Assembly (NCBI GenBank): GCA_036399095.1
Contig: DASWNT010000022.1
Span: 9,309 to 73,308 of the forward strand
Reading direction: 5' to 3'
Length of the DNA stretch: 64,000 bases
Source of the DNA: Allosphingosinicella sp.
GTDB lineage: Bacteria > Pseudomonadota > Alphaproteobacteria > Sphingomonadales > Sphingomonadaceae
Within the stretch, counting starts at the first letter, position 1, and every line of letters begins with the position of its first letter. The notes beneath the pieces were generated by a model. The model ran no database searches. It was given only the letters and a program-made list of their open reading frames with translations, and was not told the DNA's origin. Positions 1-9,410 of the stretch are shown here, one piece after another. Position numbers and translations under genes: made by a program.

Positions 1-853
1 CGACGACATGTTCCTGTTCGTGCTGGAGAATGTCGACACCGGCCAAATCCGCGGCACCTGTCAGGTGTTCGGCAAGGTGGGGGTGGAAAGCGCCTTCTAT
101 TCCTACAGAATTAGCACGCTCACCCAGACCAGCCAGGCACTGGGCAAGACGTTCCGGGCGGAGATGCTGAGCCTTACCACCGATCTCGAAGGGTCGTCGG
201 AAGTCGGCGGCCTGTTCCTCCACCCCGGCGAGCGCGCTGGGGGCCTCGGCATGCTGCTTGCCCGAAGCCGCTACCTGTTCATCAAGCGCCACCGCGAGCG
301 GTTCGGCCGGCGGCTGCTTGCCGAGCTGCGCGGCGTGATCGACGAAGCGGGCGGCTCGCCTTTCTGGGACGCCATTGCGGGGCGCTTCTTCGGCATGAAC
401 TTTCAGGAAGCCGATGAATTCAACGGCTCCCACGGCACACAATTCATCGCGGACCTGATGCCCAAGACGCCGATCTACACCGCTATGCTTCCCGAAAGCG
501 CCCGGGCTGTGATGGGCGTGCCCCACCCTTCCGGCCGCGCCGCAATGCGAATGCTGGAGCGCGAGGGCTTCTCCTATGACTGCTACATCGACATCTTCGA
601 CGGCGGTCCGACGATGATCGCGCAGACCGATCAGGTGCGCACCGTTCGGGATTCGCGCGACCTGCTGCTGGTGGGTGTCGCCGACCATGTCGAAGGTCAG
701 AATATGATGCTTGCCGCCGGGCGCCTGTCGGGCTTCGCCGCCGCATGCTCAAACGTGCGGATGGAGCCGGAGGGGGGCGCGACCATCTCGCGGAGCGCGG
801 CGGAAGCTTTGGGCATCTGGCCGGGCGACAGCTTCACCGCGATCGGGCGCTGA
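1..853 (+). CDS. astA: arginine N-succinyltransferase, 5'-truncated at window edge
   Basis: The frame is open from nt 2 with no start seen. Blocks FLFVLEN, AELRGVIDEAGGSPFW and YIDIFDGGPT match AstA as I recall the E. coli protein. astB starts 5 nt downstream. Confidence 0.8.
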   Translation, partial: DDMFLFVLENVDTGQIRGTCQVFGKVGVESAFYSYRISTLTQTSQALGKTFRAEMLSLTTDLEGSSEVGGLFLHPGERAGGLGMLLARSRYLFIKRHRERFGRRLLAELRGVIDEAGGSPFWDAIAGRFFGMNFQEADEFNGSHGTQFIADLMPKTPIYTAMLPESARAVMGVPHPSGRAAMRMLEREGFSYDCYIDIFDGGPTMIAQTDQVRTVRDSRDLLLVGVADHVEGQNMMLAAGRLSGFAAACSNVRMEPEGGATISRSAAEALGIWPGDSFTAIGR

Positions 854-858
854 CACCC

Positions 859-2112
859 ATGGCGATTCAGGAGATCAACTTCGACGGCATTATCGGGCCG
901 AGCCACAATTATTCCGGCCTGAGCCTCGGCAATATCGCGTCGGCGACCAACAAGGGCTTGGTCTCCCACCCGCGCGCCGCGGCGCTGCAGGGGCTGGAGA
1001 AGATGCGGCACAATCTGCGCCTCGGCCTGCCGCAGGGCGTGTTCGTGCCGCACCCGCGCCCGGACAAGCCTTGGCTGGCGGAGCTTGGCACCACAATCGA
1101 GGAGGTGCCCGCCTCGCTTCGCCCGGCGGCCTTTTCCGCCTCGGCGATGTGGGCCGCCAATGCCGCCACCGTCTCGCCGGCGCCGGACACCGCCGACGGG
1201 CGCTGCCACCTCACCGCGGCAAACCTCCGCACCATGGCGCACCGAAGCCATGAATGGCCGCACACGCTGGCGCAGCTTCGCCTGGCCTTCTCCGACGAGA
1301 CGCACTTCGCCGTGCACCCGCCGGTGCCGGGCACCTTCGGCGACGAAGGCGCGGCCAATCATATGCGGATCGCCGCCAGCCACGTTGCGCCTGGAGTGGA
1401 GATCTTCGTCTACGGACAGCGTGGGGGCGCCTTTCCGGTGCGCCAGCATGTCGAGGCGAGCCGCGCGGTGGCACGCTTCCACCGGCTGGACGAGGCGCGG
1501 ACCTTGTTCGTCTGCCAGTCCGAGGAAGCAATCGCCGCGGGCGCGTTTCACAACGATGTGGTGGCGGTGGCGAACGAGAACGTTCTTCTCGCCCACGAGC
1601 AGGCGTTCGAGGATCGGCCGAGCTTTTACGCGGAGCTGAAGCGGCTGGTGCCGGAGGTGGAGATCGTCGAAGTACCGGCGTCGGCGGTAACGCTTGCCGA
1701 CGCGATCTCAAGCTACTTGTTCAACGCCCAGCTGGTGACGCTGCCCGAAGGCGGCATGGCACTGATCGTGCCGGAGGAAGCGCGGGAGACACCGAGCGTG
1801 TGGCGCTGGCTGGAGGGGATGCTCGCCGGCAACGGGCCGATCCGCCAGGTGCTCGTGGTGGACGTGCGGCAATCGATGGCCAATGGCGGCGGTCCGGCCT
1901 GCCTGCGGCTGCGGGTGGTGGCCGACCCGGCGGCGATCGATCCCCGTTTCCTGGTGGACGAGGAAAAGCTCGACCGGCTGGCCGCGGTGATCGCGCGCGA
2001 ATGGCCGGAGCGGATCGCGCCCGAGGATCTGCTCAAGCCGGAGCTGTGGGCGCAAATGGAAGCCGCCCGCGCCGCCCTTCTGGAAGAGCTGGCGCTGAGC
2101 GAACTGCTTTAG
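859..2112 (+). CDS. astB: N-succinylarginine dihydrolase
   Basis: ATG at 859 gives MAIQEINFDGIIGPSHNYSGLS. The ORF-track start at 745 lies inside astA. GDEGAANHMR, FHNDVVAV and SMANGGGPACLRLRV (catalytic Cys context) are AstB hallmarks. Confidence 0.9.
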   Translation: MAIQEINFDGIIGPSHNYSGLSLGNIASATNKGLVSHPRAAALQGLEKMRHNLRLGLPQGVFVPHPRPDKPWLAELGTTIEEVPASLRPAAFSASAMWAANAATVSPAPDTADGRCHLTAANLRTMAHRSHEWPHTLAQLRLAFSDETHFAVHPPVPGTFGDEGAANHMRIAASHVAPGVEIFVYGQRGGAFPVRQHVEASRAVARFHRLDEARTLFVCQSEEAIAAGAFHNDVVAVANENVLLAHEQAFEDRPSFYAELKRLVPEVEIVEVPASAVTLADAISSYLFNAQLVTLPEGGMALIVPEEARETPSVWRWLEGMLAGNGPIRQVLVVDVRQSMANGGGPACLRLRVVADPAAIDPRFLVDEEKLDRLAAVIAREWPERIAPEDLLKPELWAQMEAARAALLEELALSELL

Positions 2113-2825
2113 GCTTCAGGGCACCAGAAGATATCGATCGGCACTTCGATATTGGCGAGGACCCGGCCAATCGGAGCGGAGGAAAGCGGGCCTTCCTTGA
2201 TCGCCTGTTCAAGCACCGAACGCTTCTCGTCGCCGGTGATCATCACCATCACCGTCCGCGCCGAAGCGAGCGCAGCAGCGGTGAGCGTTACGCGGTCGCT
2301 CTTGTCGCCTTCCGGCAGCGGATCGGGGCGAAGGCCTATCGCGCGGCGGCTGCGCGGGCCGTTGATCGCGGCGTCATATTCGGCGCCCGGATAGATGCCG
2401 GCGACCGAACCGTCGGCGCCCATGCCCAGGCAGGCGAGGTCCAGCGGCCATTGAAGCAGCGAAAGGTGGGCGTCGGCGAGGCGGCCGGCTTCCTTGTAGT
2501 CGCCAAGCGCGGCTTCATCGACGAGCGAAACGATGTTCGCCTTCTTGGCGCCGAAATATCCGGTGAGCTTGTTGTGGTTGCTCGCTGCGTCGTCCAGCGT
2601 GACCAGACGGTCATCGGTGGGGATCAGGGTGACCCGGCTCCAGTCGATGTCCTTGCGCTTCAGCAAGGCGGCATAGACCAGGTCCGGCGTCTTGCCGCCG
2701 GGAACGGCGAGACGCGCATCCTTGTGCGCTTCCAACGCGCTTTCGATTACGAAGCCGATGTCGCCCGCGACCTGCGTCGCCATTTCCGCGGCGGAGTCGA
2801 ACTCCCACCATTCGATTTCGTCCAT
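2109..2825 (-). CDS. 6-phosphogluconolactonase-like protein (Pgl/NagB sugar-phosphate isomerase fold)
   Basis: The ATG at 2825 (MDEIEWW) follows 'ggaggaatc'. LAVPGGKTP and LGMGADGSVAGIYPG resemble the DevB/Pgl motifs, but the canonical DGHTAS His is replaced. Confidence 0.65.
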   Translation of the reverse strand: MDEIEWWEFDSAAEMATQVAGDIGFVIESALEAHKDARLAVPGGKTPDLVYAALLKRKDIDWSRVTLIPTDDRLVTLDDAASNHNKLTGYFGAKKANIVSLVDEAALGDYKEAGRLADAHLSLLQWPLDLACLGMGADGSVAGIYPGAEYDAAINGPRSRRAIGLRPDPLPEGDKSDRVTLTAAALASARTVMVMITGDEKRSVLEQAIKEGPLSSAPIGRVLANIEVPIDIFWCPEA

Positions 2826-2907
2826 GATTCCTCCGCTCAAGTTGCATGGGAACCGCGCCGCCGGGGCGCAGGTTCCGCGTTCCCAACAGCCGTTAGAGGA
2901 GCAAGCC

Positions 2908-3090
2908 ATGCCTGCCAAATCGAAAGCGCAGCAGCGCGCCGCCGGCGCCGCCCTTTCCGCCAAACGCGGCGACACGCCAAAGAGCAAGCTGAAGGGGCCG
3001 TCGAAGGACATGGCCGAATCGATGACGGAAAAGCAGCTGGAAGAGCTCGCCGCCACCAAGCGCAAGGGGAAGCCGGAGCACGCCGGCTAA
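2908..3090 (+). CDS. DUF3008-family small basic protein
   Basis: AGGAG lies 6 nt upstream of the ATG. MPAKSKAQQRAAGAALSAKRG...EKQLEELAATKRKG matches my memory of the DUF3008 consensus. Confidence 0.6.
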   Translation: MPAKSKAQQRAAGAALSAKRGDTPKSKLKGPSKDMAESMTEKQLEELAATKRKGKPEHAG

Positions 3091-3100
3091 GCGCACCCGC

Positions 3101-3301
3101 TCAATCGGGCGGCGAGATCGTGCCCGGCGAGCGGAACGGCGTGCCGCCGCCTCCCGAGCCGCCGCTGCCGGCGCGCTCGTCCTCATCCTCGCTTGCAGGA
3201 AGACTGTGGCCCGGCGCTTGGGGCTTTTCGCCGTCCTCGGTGCCGCGCCATTTCTCGCGCGCCGCCGCTTCGTCCTTCAAAGGTTCCTGCTCGTCAGACA
3301 T
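3101..3301 (-). CDS. hypothetical acidic, Gly-rich small protein (66 aa)
   Basis: GAGGAGG lies upstream of the ATG and third codon positions are mostly G/C. No recognisable family. Confidence 0.4.
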   Translation of the reverse strand: MSDEQEPLKDEAAAREKWRGTEDGEKPQAPGHSLPASEDEDERAGSGGSGGGGTPFRSPGTISPPD

Positions 3302-3367
3302 GGCAACGCCTCCTCTTCGGGAGGCGAACGGCGCCCGCCGCGTGGGGTTCCGACGGTGTTGGGAGAT

Positions 3368-3444
3368 TGGCGCGCCCGGAAGGATTCGAACCTCCGGCCC
3401 CCAGATTCGTAGTCTGGTGCTCTATCCAGCTGAGCTACGGGCGC
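3368..3444 (-). tRNA. tRNA-Arg (anticodon ACG), CCA encoded
   Basis: The reverse complement reads GCGCCCGTAGCTCAGCTGGATAGAGCACCAGACTACGAATCTGGGGGCCGGAGGTTCGAATCCTTCCGGGCGCGCCA. It folds as a cloverleaf with anticodon loop CTACGAA and a GGTTCGAATCC T-arm. Confidence 0.92.
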
Positions 3445-3524
3445 GCGGCAGGAGGGGCCATAGGGCCAAGGTTTGGGGGACGCAAGGGCGTTGCGGGGAA
3501 AAGCGCCGCGACCTAGGAGGTGAC

Positions 3525-4028
3525 ATGCATCGCTTTACCCCTCTCCCCCTTCTCGCCGGCCTTCTGACGGTGGGTTGCGCCGCGTCCGGGACCTTTCCCT
3601 CGCTTGCGCCGCGCGAGGTGGAGGCGATCTATGCGGCCGGCGATCCGCTGCAAAGCGCGCCGGAAGCGCCGGACCGGGCGGGGCTAAGCGGGCGGGTTGC
3701 GGCCTTTGCAGCGGCCGCGAACGAAAACGATGCCGCGTTCGAGCGTGCTTTAGGGGCGGCACGGCCGCTTGCCGCGCGAGCGGGCGGATCGGGAAGCGAA
3801 AGCTGGATCGCGGCGCAGCAGGCTATCTCCCGCGTCGAGGCCGCACGCGCGGCAACCACCCGCGCGGTTGCCGATCTGGATGAGTTTGCACTGGCCGAGG
3901 CGCGGCAGGGGCCGCTCAGCACTTCCGATTACGAGCTGCTAACGGCGGCGATGGCGCGGCTGCATGCGCTCGCCAAGCGGCAGCAAGACTCGGTGGACGC
4001 GCTTCGAAGCCGGGTCAGTGGGCGCTGA
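3525..4028 (+). CDS. hypothetical lipoprotein
   Basis: AGGAGG lies 5 nt before the ATG. The signal peptide has lipobox LLTVGC. The remainder is Ala-rich and helical. The long ORF 1254..4028 is open upstream only by chance. Confidence 0.65.
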   Translation: MHRFTPLPLLAGLLTVGCAASGTFPSLAPREVEAIYAAGDPLQSAPEAPDRAGLSGRVAAFAAAANENDAAFERALGAARPLAARAGGSGSESWIAAQQAISRVEAARAATTRAVADLDEFALAEARQGPLSTSDYELLTAAMARLHALAKRQQDSVDALRSRVSGR

Positions 4029-4560
4029 GCGCCTGCTTGTGTGCCTGGGCGAGGGCAACGTAGTGGGCCACGCCTTCGCGTTGGCCAGCAAGCTCCACTG
4101 GGCTTAAATCGCGGACATATTTGGCGGGGCGGCCTGCCCAGAGCTGCCCGGAGGGAATTGTCTTGCCGGGCGTCAGCATCGCGCCCGCGGCGAGCATTGC
4201 GTCGCTTTCAATTTCGCAGCCATCCATCACGATTGCGCCCAAGCCCACAAAGGCGCGGTCATGAAGGATGCAGCCGTGCACCATTGCGAGGTGGCCGATC
4301 AGCACATCCTCGCCGATGATCGTCGGGTGGCCCGCTTCGGCGCCCGGCTTGGGCGAATCGACGTGGATGACGCTGCCGTCCTGGATGTTGGTGCGGGCGC
4401 CGACCGAGATGCGGTTCACGTCGCCGCGAAGCACGCAATTGTACCAGATGCTTGCCTCCGGCCCAATCTCGACATTGCCGATCAGCCGGGCGCCGGGCGC
4501 AACAAAGGCGCTGCCGTCGATGCTCGGCGCGTGGCCGCCAAAGGGGATCAGATCCGCCAT
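4015..4560 (-). CDS. gamma-carbonic-anhydrase-like / hexapeptide-repeat (LbH) protein
   Basis: MADLIPFGGHAPSIDGSAFVAPGARLIGNVEIG... shows left-handed beta-helix hexapeptide periodicity. HVDSP and GHLAMVHGC match the YrdA/PaaY family. Confidence 0.85.
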   Translation of the reverse strand: MADLIPFGGHAPSIDGSAFVAPGARLIGNVEIGPEASIWYNCVLRGDVNRISVGARTNIQDGSVIHVDSPKPGAEAGHPTIIGEDVLIGHLAMVHGCILHDRAFVGLGAIVMDGCEIESDAMLAAGAMLTPGKTIPSGQLWAGRPAKYVRDLSPVELAGQREGVAHYVALAQAHKQALSAH

Positions 4561-5084
4561 TCTTCCCTCCGAAGCACGTAGGCGATGACGATGCCCTCCG
4601 CCCATTCCGGGCCTTCATAATCGAGGTCCGGGCGGCGTTTCATGCCCAGCCGCTCCATCAGCCCCCAGCTCGCTTTGTTGCCCTCAACCGTCAGAGCGAT
4701 GACCTGGGGGACGCCGATCTCGTCGAAGGCATAGTCGATGGAGGCGATCGCGGCTTCCTTGGCATAGCCCTGGCCCCACACGTCTTCGCGGAAGCGCCAG
4801 CCGACTTCCATATTGCCTTCAACCGGGCTGCCGCCGTCGTCGGCGACCTTAAGGCCGCAAAATCCCAAGAACGCGCCGTCGGACTTGCGCTCCACCACCC
4901 AGAAGGTGTGGCCGAGATCCTCCTGCCAGGCAATGAAGCGGTCCCGTACCACCAGTTCCAGCGCTTCGCGGCTGCGCACGCCGCCGAGCCAGCGCATGAC
5001 GTTTTCGGTGTTGGTGTAGGTGTCGAAGGCGACCACGTCCTCGGGGCGCCAGTTCCGCAGCCGGAGCCGCTCTGTTTCAATCAT
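4548..5084 (-). CDS. GNAT family N-acetyltransferase (RimJ/RimL-like)
   Basis: MIETERLRLRNWRPED is the typical N-terminus, followed by a WGQGYAKEA acetyl-CoA motif. The ATG overlaps the upstream stop (ATGA at 5081-5084). Confidence 0.8.
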   Translation of the reverse strand: MIETERLRLRNWRPEDVVAFDTYTNTENVMRWLGGVRSREALELVVRDRFIAWQEDLGHTFWVVERKSDGAFLGFCGLKVADDGGSPVEGNMEVGWRFREDVWGQGYAKEAAIASIDYAFDEIGVPQVIALTVEGNKASWGLMERLGMKRRPDLDYEGPEWAEGIVIAYVLRREEWRI

Positions 5085-7345
5085 CGTACGTCCTTGATCG
5101 CATCGGGGACCCAGTTCCGCCAGTCCTCCAGCAGCGGGATAATGGTGGCGTAATCGTCGGACCAACCGTCAAAGCCGGCGCGGCCGATCAAAGGCCGCCA
5201 CAGGTGCGCGTCGGCGGCGCTGGACACGCGCAGGGCAAGAAGCGTGTCCTCCTTGGGCGCAAGCGCGACCCAGACCGACATGCTCATGCTGTGCAGCTTT
5301 TCTTCCTCGTTGGGCATGAAGTCGAAAACGGCTCCGTGCCAGCCGTCGAGCCGCGCGGCTGCGGCGAGAACGGGCTCGAGATCGAGGTAACGGTTGGAGA
5401 TGTGGATCAGCAACAGCCCGTCGGGGCTGAGCGCGCGGCGGTAGACCTGGAGCGCCTCGCGGGTGAGGAGGTGCATCGGCACGGCGTCCGAGGAGAAGGC
5501 GTCAACGGCAAGGACGTCCAGCGAGCCTGGTGCCTGGCGGCCGAGGCTGATCCGGGCGTCGCCGAGCACCACTTTGGCCTGCGGCGCGCAGCGGCTGAGG
5601 AAGGTGAACTGGCCGGAGCGGCGGGCGATGCGGACCATTTCGGGATCGATTTCGAAGAAGGTCCAGCTTTGGCCGGGCATTGCGTAGCAAGAGAGGGTGC
5701 CGGTGCCGAGGCCAACGATGCCAATGCGCGGGTTGGGGCCGTGGAAGACCTCCGCCGAGGCAAGCGCATGGCCGATGCCGGAGCGGCGGGCGTAGTATGA
5801 TGTAGGCTCGGTTTCCCAGCCGGGGGTGAGGTTCTGGATGCCGTGGAGGGTGGTGCCGTGGGAAAGGAGGCGCGCGGGCGGGCTGTCGTCGCTGCTGACT
5901 GTATAGACGCCGAAATAGGAGCGGGTGCGGCCGGGCTCCAGCGAGCCGTCGATGGTCCGCCAGCCGCCGTAGCTCAGCATCAAGGCGGCGAGGCAGAGGG
6001 CGAAAAGCAGGCGCTTGCCGACGAACAGCAAGGCGATGAGCGAGATCAGGACGCTGAGGGCAAGCGCGCGCGGCTCGTCCAGCCAGGAATAGGGGCGGCG
6101 GTCGGCGGCCCAGGAGAGAACGAAGACGAGGCCGACGAGGGCGAAGCGGACCCACGGCTTCATCCGCTCGGCAAGGGGCAGGAGCGGCTTTTGCGGCACC
6201 AGGGCAGCGGCGGCGAGCAGAAGCAGCGGATGCTCGTAGGTCCAGTCGAAGACGTGCGGGGCGATCACCGCGCAGAAGATTCCGCCGACGACGCCGCCGA
6301 CCGACATGGCGAGGTAGAAAGCGGTGAGGTGACCGACCGCGGGCCGCGAGCGGTACATCGCCGTGTGCAGCGCCACCGCGACCACGAACAGCAGCAGAAG
6401 GCCGAGCGTAGCGATGAACAGCGGGCTCTTGGAGCCGCCGCTGAAGGCGAAGCCGCCGGCGATGAGCAAGAGATAGGGGGCAATGAAGGTCAGGAGATCG
6501 GCGGTGCCGCGGCGGCGGGCAAAGGTGACCACGAAGCTTAAGAGGTAAAGGCCGAGCGGGACCACCCAGAGCAAGGGCAGGGCGACGATGTCGGTGGTGA
6601 GGTGGGTCGTCGTCGACAGCATCAGGCCAGACGGGACGGCGGCAAGCACCACCCACCAGGCGAGCTCGCGCCATGTCGGCGCCGGACCGGCATCCTCGAC
6701 CGTCCGGGCGGCCACTGCGGGCGCGCGCAGGGTGAGTGCGGAGAGGGCGACGAGGAGTACAAGGAGGGCGTAACCCGCCGTCCAGAGCAGGCTTTGCTGC
6801 TGGAGCGTGAGGCTCGGCTCGACCAGCAAGGGGTAGGAGAGAAGGCCGGCGAAGCTGCCGAGGTTGGAAGCGGCGTAGAGCGGATATGGGTCGCCTCGGG
6901 CAGGATCGAGCGCATACCAGCGCTGCATCAACGGCGCCTGGGCGGAGACGATGAAGAAGAGGGGGCCGATCGAGCTCAGCAGCAGCCACGGCGCCCACCA
7001 GGCGGCGGAGGCGTGCTCGGGAAGCACGATGTCGCGGAGGCCGATCGGCAGCCACAAAGCGGCAAGCGCGAACAAGGCGAGGTGAATGACCGCCTGCCGC
7101 CGCGGGGCAAGGCGCGAAACCCAATGGGCGTAGGCATAGCCGCCGAGCAAAAGCGCCTGGTAGACCACCATGGCGCTGTTCCAAACCGCGGGCGCGCCGC
7201 CGAGCCTGGGCAGCGCCATGCGGGCCACCATCGGCTGGGTGAGGAACAGCAGAAACGAGCCGACCAGGATGGTGGCGAGAAACAGCGGCCGGGCGAAACG
7301 CGCGCCGGCGCCTCCCCCGCCCAAGTCAGCCGCGGCGCCGTTCAC
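5081..7345 (-). CDS. fused polytopic membrane domain + spermidine-synthase-like SAM-methyltransferase-fold protein
   Basis: About 480 aa of repeated hydrophobic helices are followed by IGIVGLGTGTLSCY...FFEIDPEMV...LAVDAFSSD, a spermidine synthase-like fold. Confidence 0.75.
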   Translation of the reverse strand: MNGAAADLGGGGAGARFARPLFLATILVGSFLLFLTQPMVARMALPRLGGAPAVWNSAMVVYQALLLGGYAYAHWVSRLAPRRQAVIHLALFALAALWLPIGLRDIVLPEHASAAWWAPWLLLSSIGPLFFIVSAQAPLMQRWYALDPARGDPYPLYAASNLGSFAGLLSYPLLVEPSLTLQQQSLLWTAGYALLVLLVALSALTLRAPAVAARTVEDAGPAPTWRELAWWVVLAAVPSGLMLSTTTHLTTDIVALPLLWVVPLGLYLLSFVVTFARRRGTADLLTFIAPYLLLIAGGFAFSGGSKSPLFIATLGLLLLFVVAVALHTAMYRSRPAVGHLTAFYLAMSVGGVVGGIFCAVIAPHVFDWTYEHPLLLLAAAALVPQKPLLPLAERMKPWVRFALVGLVFVLSWAADRRPYSWLDEPRALALSVLISLIALLFVGKRLLFALCLAALMLSYGGWRTIDGSLEPGRTRSYFGVYTVSSDDSPPARLLSHGTTLHGIQNLTPGWETEPTSYYARRSGIGHALASAEVFHGPNPRIGIVGLGTGTLSCYAMPGQSWTFFEIDPEMVRIARRSGQFTFLSRCAPQAKVVLGDARISLGRQAPGSLDVLAVDAFSSDAVPMHLLTREALQVYRRALSPDGLLLIHISNRYLDLEPVLAAAARLDGWHGAVFDFMPNEEEKLHSMSMSVWVALAPKEDTLLALRVSSAADAHLWRPLIGRAGFDGWSDDYATIIPLLEDWRNWVPDAIKDVR

Positions 7346-8337
7346 GCGCCGAGCAGCCGCGCGGCGAGCGGCGCATGGTAGGAGAGAACGCCCGAACAGC
7401 CGGCGCGCTTGAACGCCATCAGCGTCTCGAGCACCAGCGCGTCGCGATCCCCCGCGCCCGCCGCGGCGCCGGCTTCGATCATCGCATATTCGCCGGACAC
7501 CTGGTAGGCGAAGACCGGCACTTCGAAGCGGTCCTTCACCCGGCGAACGATGTCGAGATAGGCGAGGCCCGGCTTCACCATCACGTAATCGGCGCCTTCC
7601 GCGACGTCGAGCGCCACTTCGCGAAGCGCCTCCGTGCTGTTCGCCGGGTCCATCTGGTAGGTTTTCTTGTCGCCCTTCAAGAGCCCGCCCGAGCCGACCG
7701 CGTCGCGGAACGGACCGTAGAAGGCGGAGGCGTATTTGGCGGCATAAGCCATGATCTGGACGTTGCAGTGGCCTTCGCGTTCAAGCGCGTCGCGGATCAC
7801 GCCGACCCGGCCATCCATCATGTCGGAAGGAGCGACGATGTCCGCGCCGGCTGCGGCCTGCACCAGCGCCTGCTCTGCAAGAAGGGCGCTGGTTTCGTCG
7901 TTCATCACATAACCGCAGGGGTCGGTGATCCCGTCATGGCCGTCCAGCGTATAAGGGTCGAGCGCGACATCGGTGAGCACGCCGACTTCCGGCGCGGCGT
8001 CCTTCACGGCCTTCACCGCGCGGCAGATGAGGTTGTCCGGGTTGAGCGCTTCGCGGGCGTCGGCGGTGCGCAGCGCGCGCGGCGTGTTTGGGAACAAGGC
8101 GATGCAGGGGATGCCGAGATCGCGCGCTTCGCGCGCACGCTTAGCAAGACCATCAAGGGACCAGCGCGAAATGCCCGGAAGGGTGGCGATCGGCTCCTCC
8201 CCCCCCTGCCCTTCCGCGACGAACAAGGGCCAGATCAGGTCGGACGGGGTGAGCACATGCTCCGCAACCAAGGCGCGGCTCCAAGCGGCGGAGCGGGCGC
8301 GGCGCAGCCGGGTCGCGGGGAAAGCGGGGGACATCAT
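7342..8337 (-). CDS. hemB: porphobilinogen synthase (delta-aminolevulinate dehydratase)
   Basis: The full-length match includes DVALDPYT, DIVAPSDMMDGRV, YASAFYGPFRDA and VMVKPGLAYLDI (active-site Lys). Confidence 0.93.
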   Translation of the reverse strand: MMSPAFPATRLRRARSAAWSRALVAEHVLTPSDLIWPLFVAEGQGGEEPIATLPGISRWSLDGLAKRAREARDLGIPCIALFPNTPRALRTADAREALNPDNLICRAVKAVKDAAPEVGVLTDVALDPYTLDGHDGITDPCGYVMNDETSALLAEQALVQAAAGADIVAPSDMMDGRVGVIRDALEREGHCNVQIMAYAAKYASAFYGPFRDAVGSGGLLKGDKKTYQMDPANSTEALREVALDVAEGADYVMVKPGLAYLDIVRRVKDRFEVPVFAYQVSGEYAMIEAGAAAGAGDRDALVLETLMAFKRAGCSGVLSYHAPLAARLLGA

Positions 8338-8463
8338 GCGCGGCTACTAGCGGCCCCTGCGGTCCCTGCAAAGCGGTGAGGCGGCGGCGCCTGCATAGGC
8401 ACGTGAGGCAGGCACGAACGATTGCGGGACATTTCCGCGCCTGCTGCGTTAGACGCGGTGCCT

Positions 8464-9387
8464 ATGACCACCCAACGCCCCGTTCCACGCGAAGCCGTCT
8501 TGATCGTCAACGCCGCGTCCCGGCGGGGCGAGGCCTTGTTCCGCGACGCCCGCCGTTTGCTCGAAGAAGCCGGCGTGAAGCTGATCGACGCCCACGGCGT
8601 TCGCAACCCGAAGAAGATCAACGGCATCGTCCGCGACGCGATCGCCAAGGGCGCGCCGATGATCATCGTCGGCGGCGGCGACGGCTCGCTTTCCTCCACC
8701 GTCGATTTCGTGGTGGACAAGGATTGCGTCTTCGCCTTGCTTCCGCTCGGCACCGCCAACAGCTTCGCCCGGACGCTCGGCATCCCCCTCGACCTCGAGG
8801 GCGCGGTGAACGTGATCGCCACGGGCGAGCGGCGGCAGATCGATCTTGGCCAAATCAACGGCGATTATTTCGCCAATTGCGCGGCCATGGGCCTGTCGCC
8901 GATGATCGGCGAAGGCGTGCCGCACAAGCTCAAGCGTTATCTCGGCCGCTTCGGCTATCTCCTCTGGGCGATCTGGTGCCTGATCCGCTTCCACGCGTTC
9001 CGGATCACCGTCGACAATGGCGAGACCACCGAAACGATGTGGGCGACGGAAGTGCGCATCGCCAACGGCCGCTTCCACGGCGGCGTCGAGCTGGTCGAGG
9101 ATGCGGAGGTCGACACCGGCCAGATCGTCGTCCAGGTGGTGCTTGGGCGAAGCGTGCTACCGTTGATTTGGAACTGGGTGGGCAGCGTACTCAAGCTGCC
9201 GAAGCGGCAGTCGCCGACGCGCGACTTCCACGGCCGCAAATTCACCGTGGATACGCGGCCGCATCTGCCGATCTCCATCGACGGGGAAGTTACGGCCCGC
9301 ACTCCGGCGACTGCCCAGGTGGCGAGCTGCGCAATCGAAGTGGTGGTGCCTCGGGTGGAGCCGGCTGGCGAAATCCCGGCGGGCTGA
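8464..9387 (+). CDS. diacylglycerol/lipid kinase family protein (YegS/LCB5-like)
   Basis: Motifs IIVGGGDGSLSS and LPLGTANSFARTLG. Start is the ATG at 8464, with an alternative TTG at 8422. Confidence 0.8.
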   Translation: MTTQRPVPREAVLIVNAASRRGEALFRDARRLLEEAGVKLIDAHGVRNPKKINGIVRDAIAKGAPMIIVGGGDGSLSSTVDFVVDKDCVFALLPLGTANSFARTLGIPLDLEGAVNVIATGERRQIDLGQINGDYFANCAAMGLSPMIGEGVPHKLKRYLGRFGYLLWAIWCLIRFHAFRITVDNGETTETMWATEVRIANGRFHGGVELVEDAEVDTGQIVVQVVLGRSVLPLIWNWVGSVLKLPKRQSPTRDFHGRKFTVDTRPHLPISIDGEVTARTPATAQVASCAIEVVVPRVEPAGEIPAG

Positions 9388-9410
9388 CGCACCCAACTCC
9401 GTTCCTAATT

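Noticed and set aside
1254-4028. 924-aa plus-strand ORF spanning astB, the pgl-like gene, a tRNA and more
   Set aside because: It is Arg/Gly/Ala-rich low-complexity translation that overlaps well-supported genes on both strands and a tRNA. Only its last 167 codons (from ATG 3525, with RBS and lipobox) look real.
5502-7184. 560-aa minus-strand ORF inside the fused spermidine-synthase-like gene (alternative frame)
   Set aside because: Its Pro/Arg-rich composition is typical of out-of-frame reading of high-GC coding DNA. The overlapping frame gives coherent TM helices and a methyltransferase fold.
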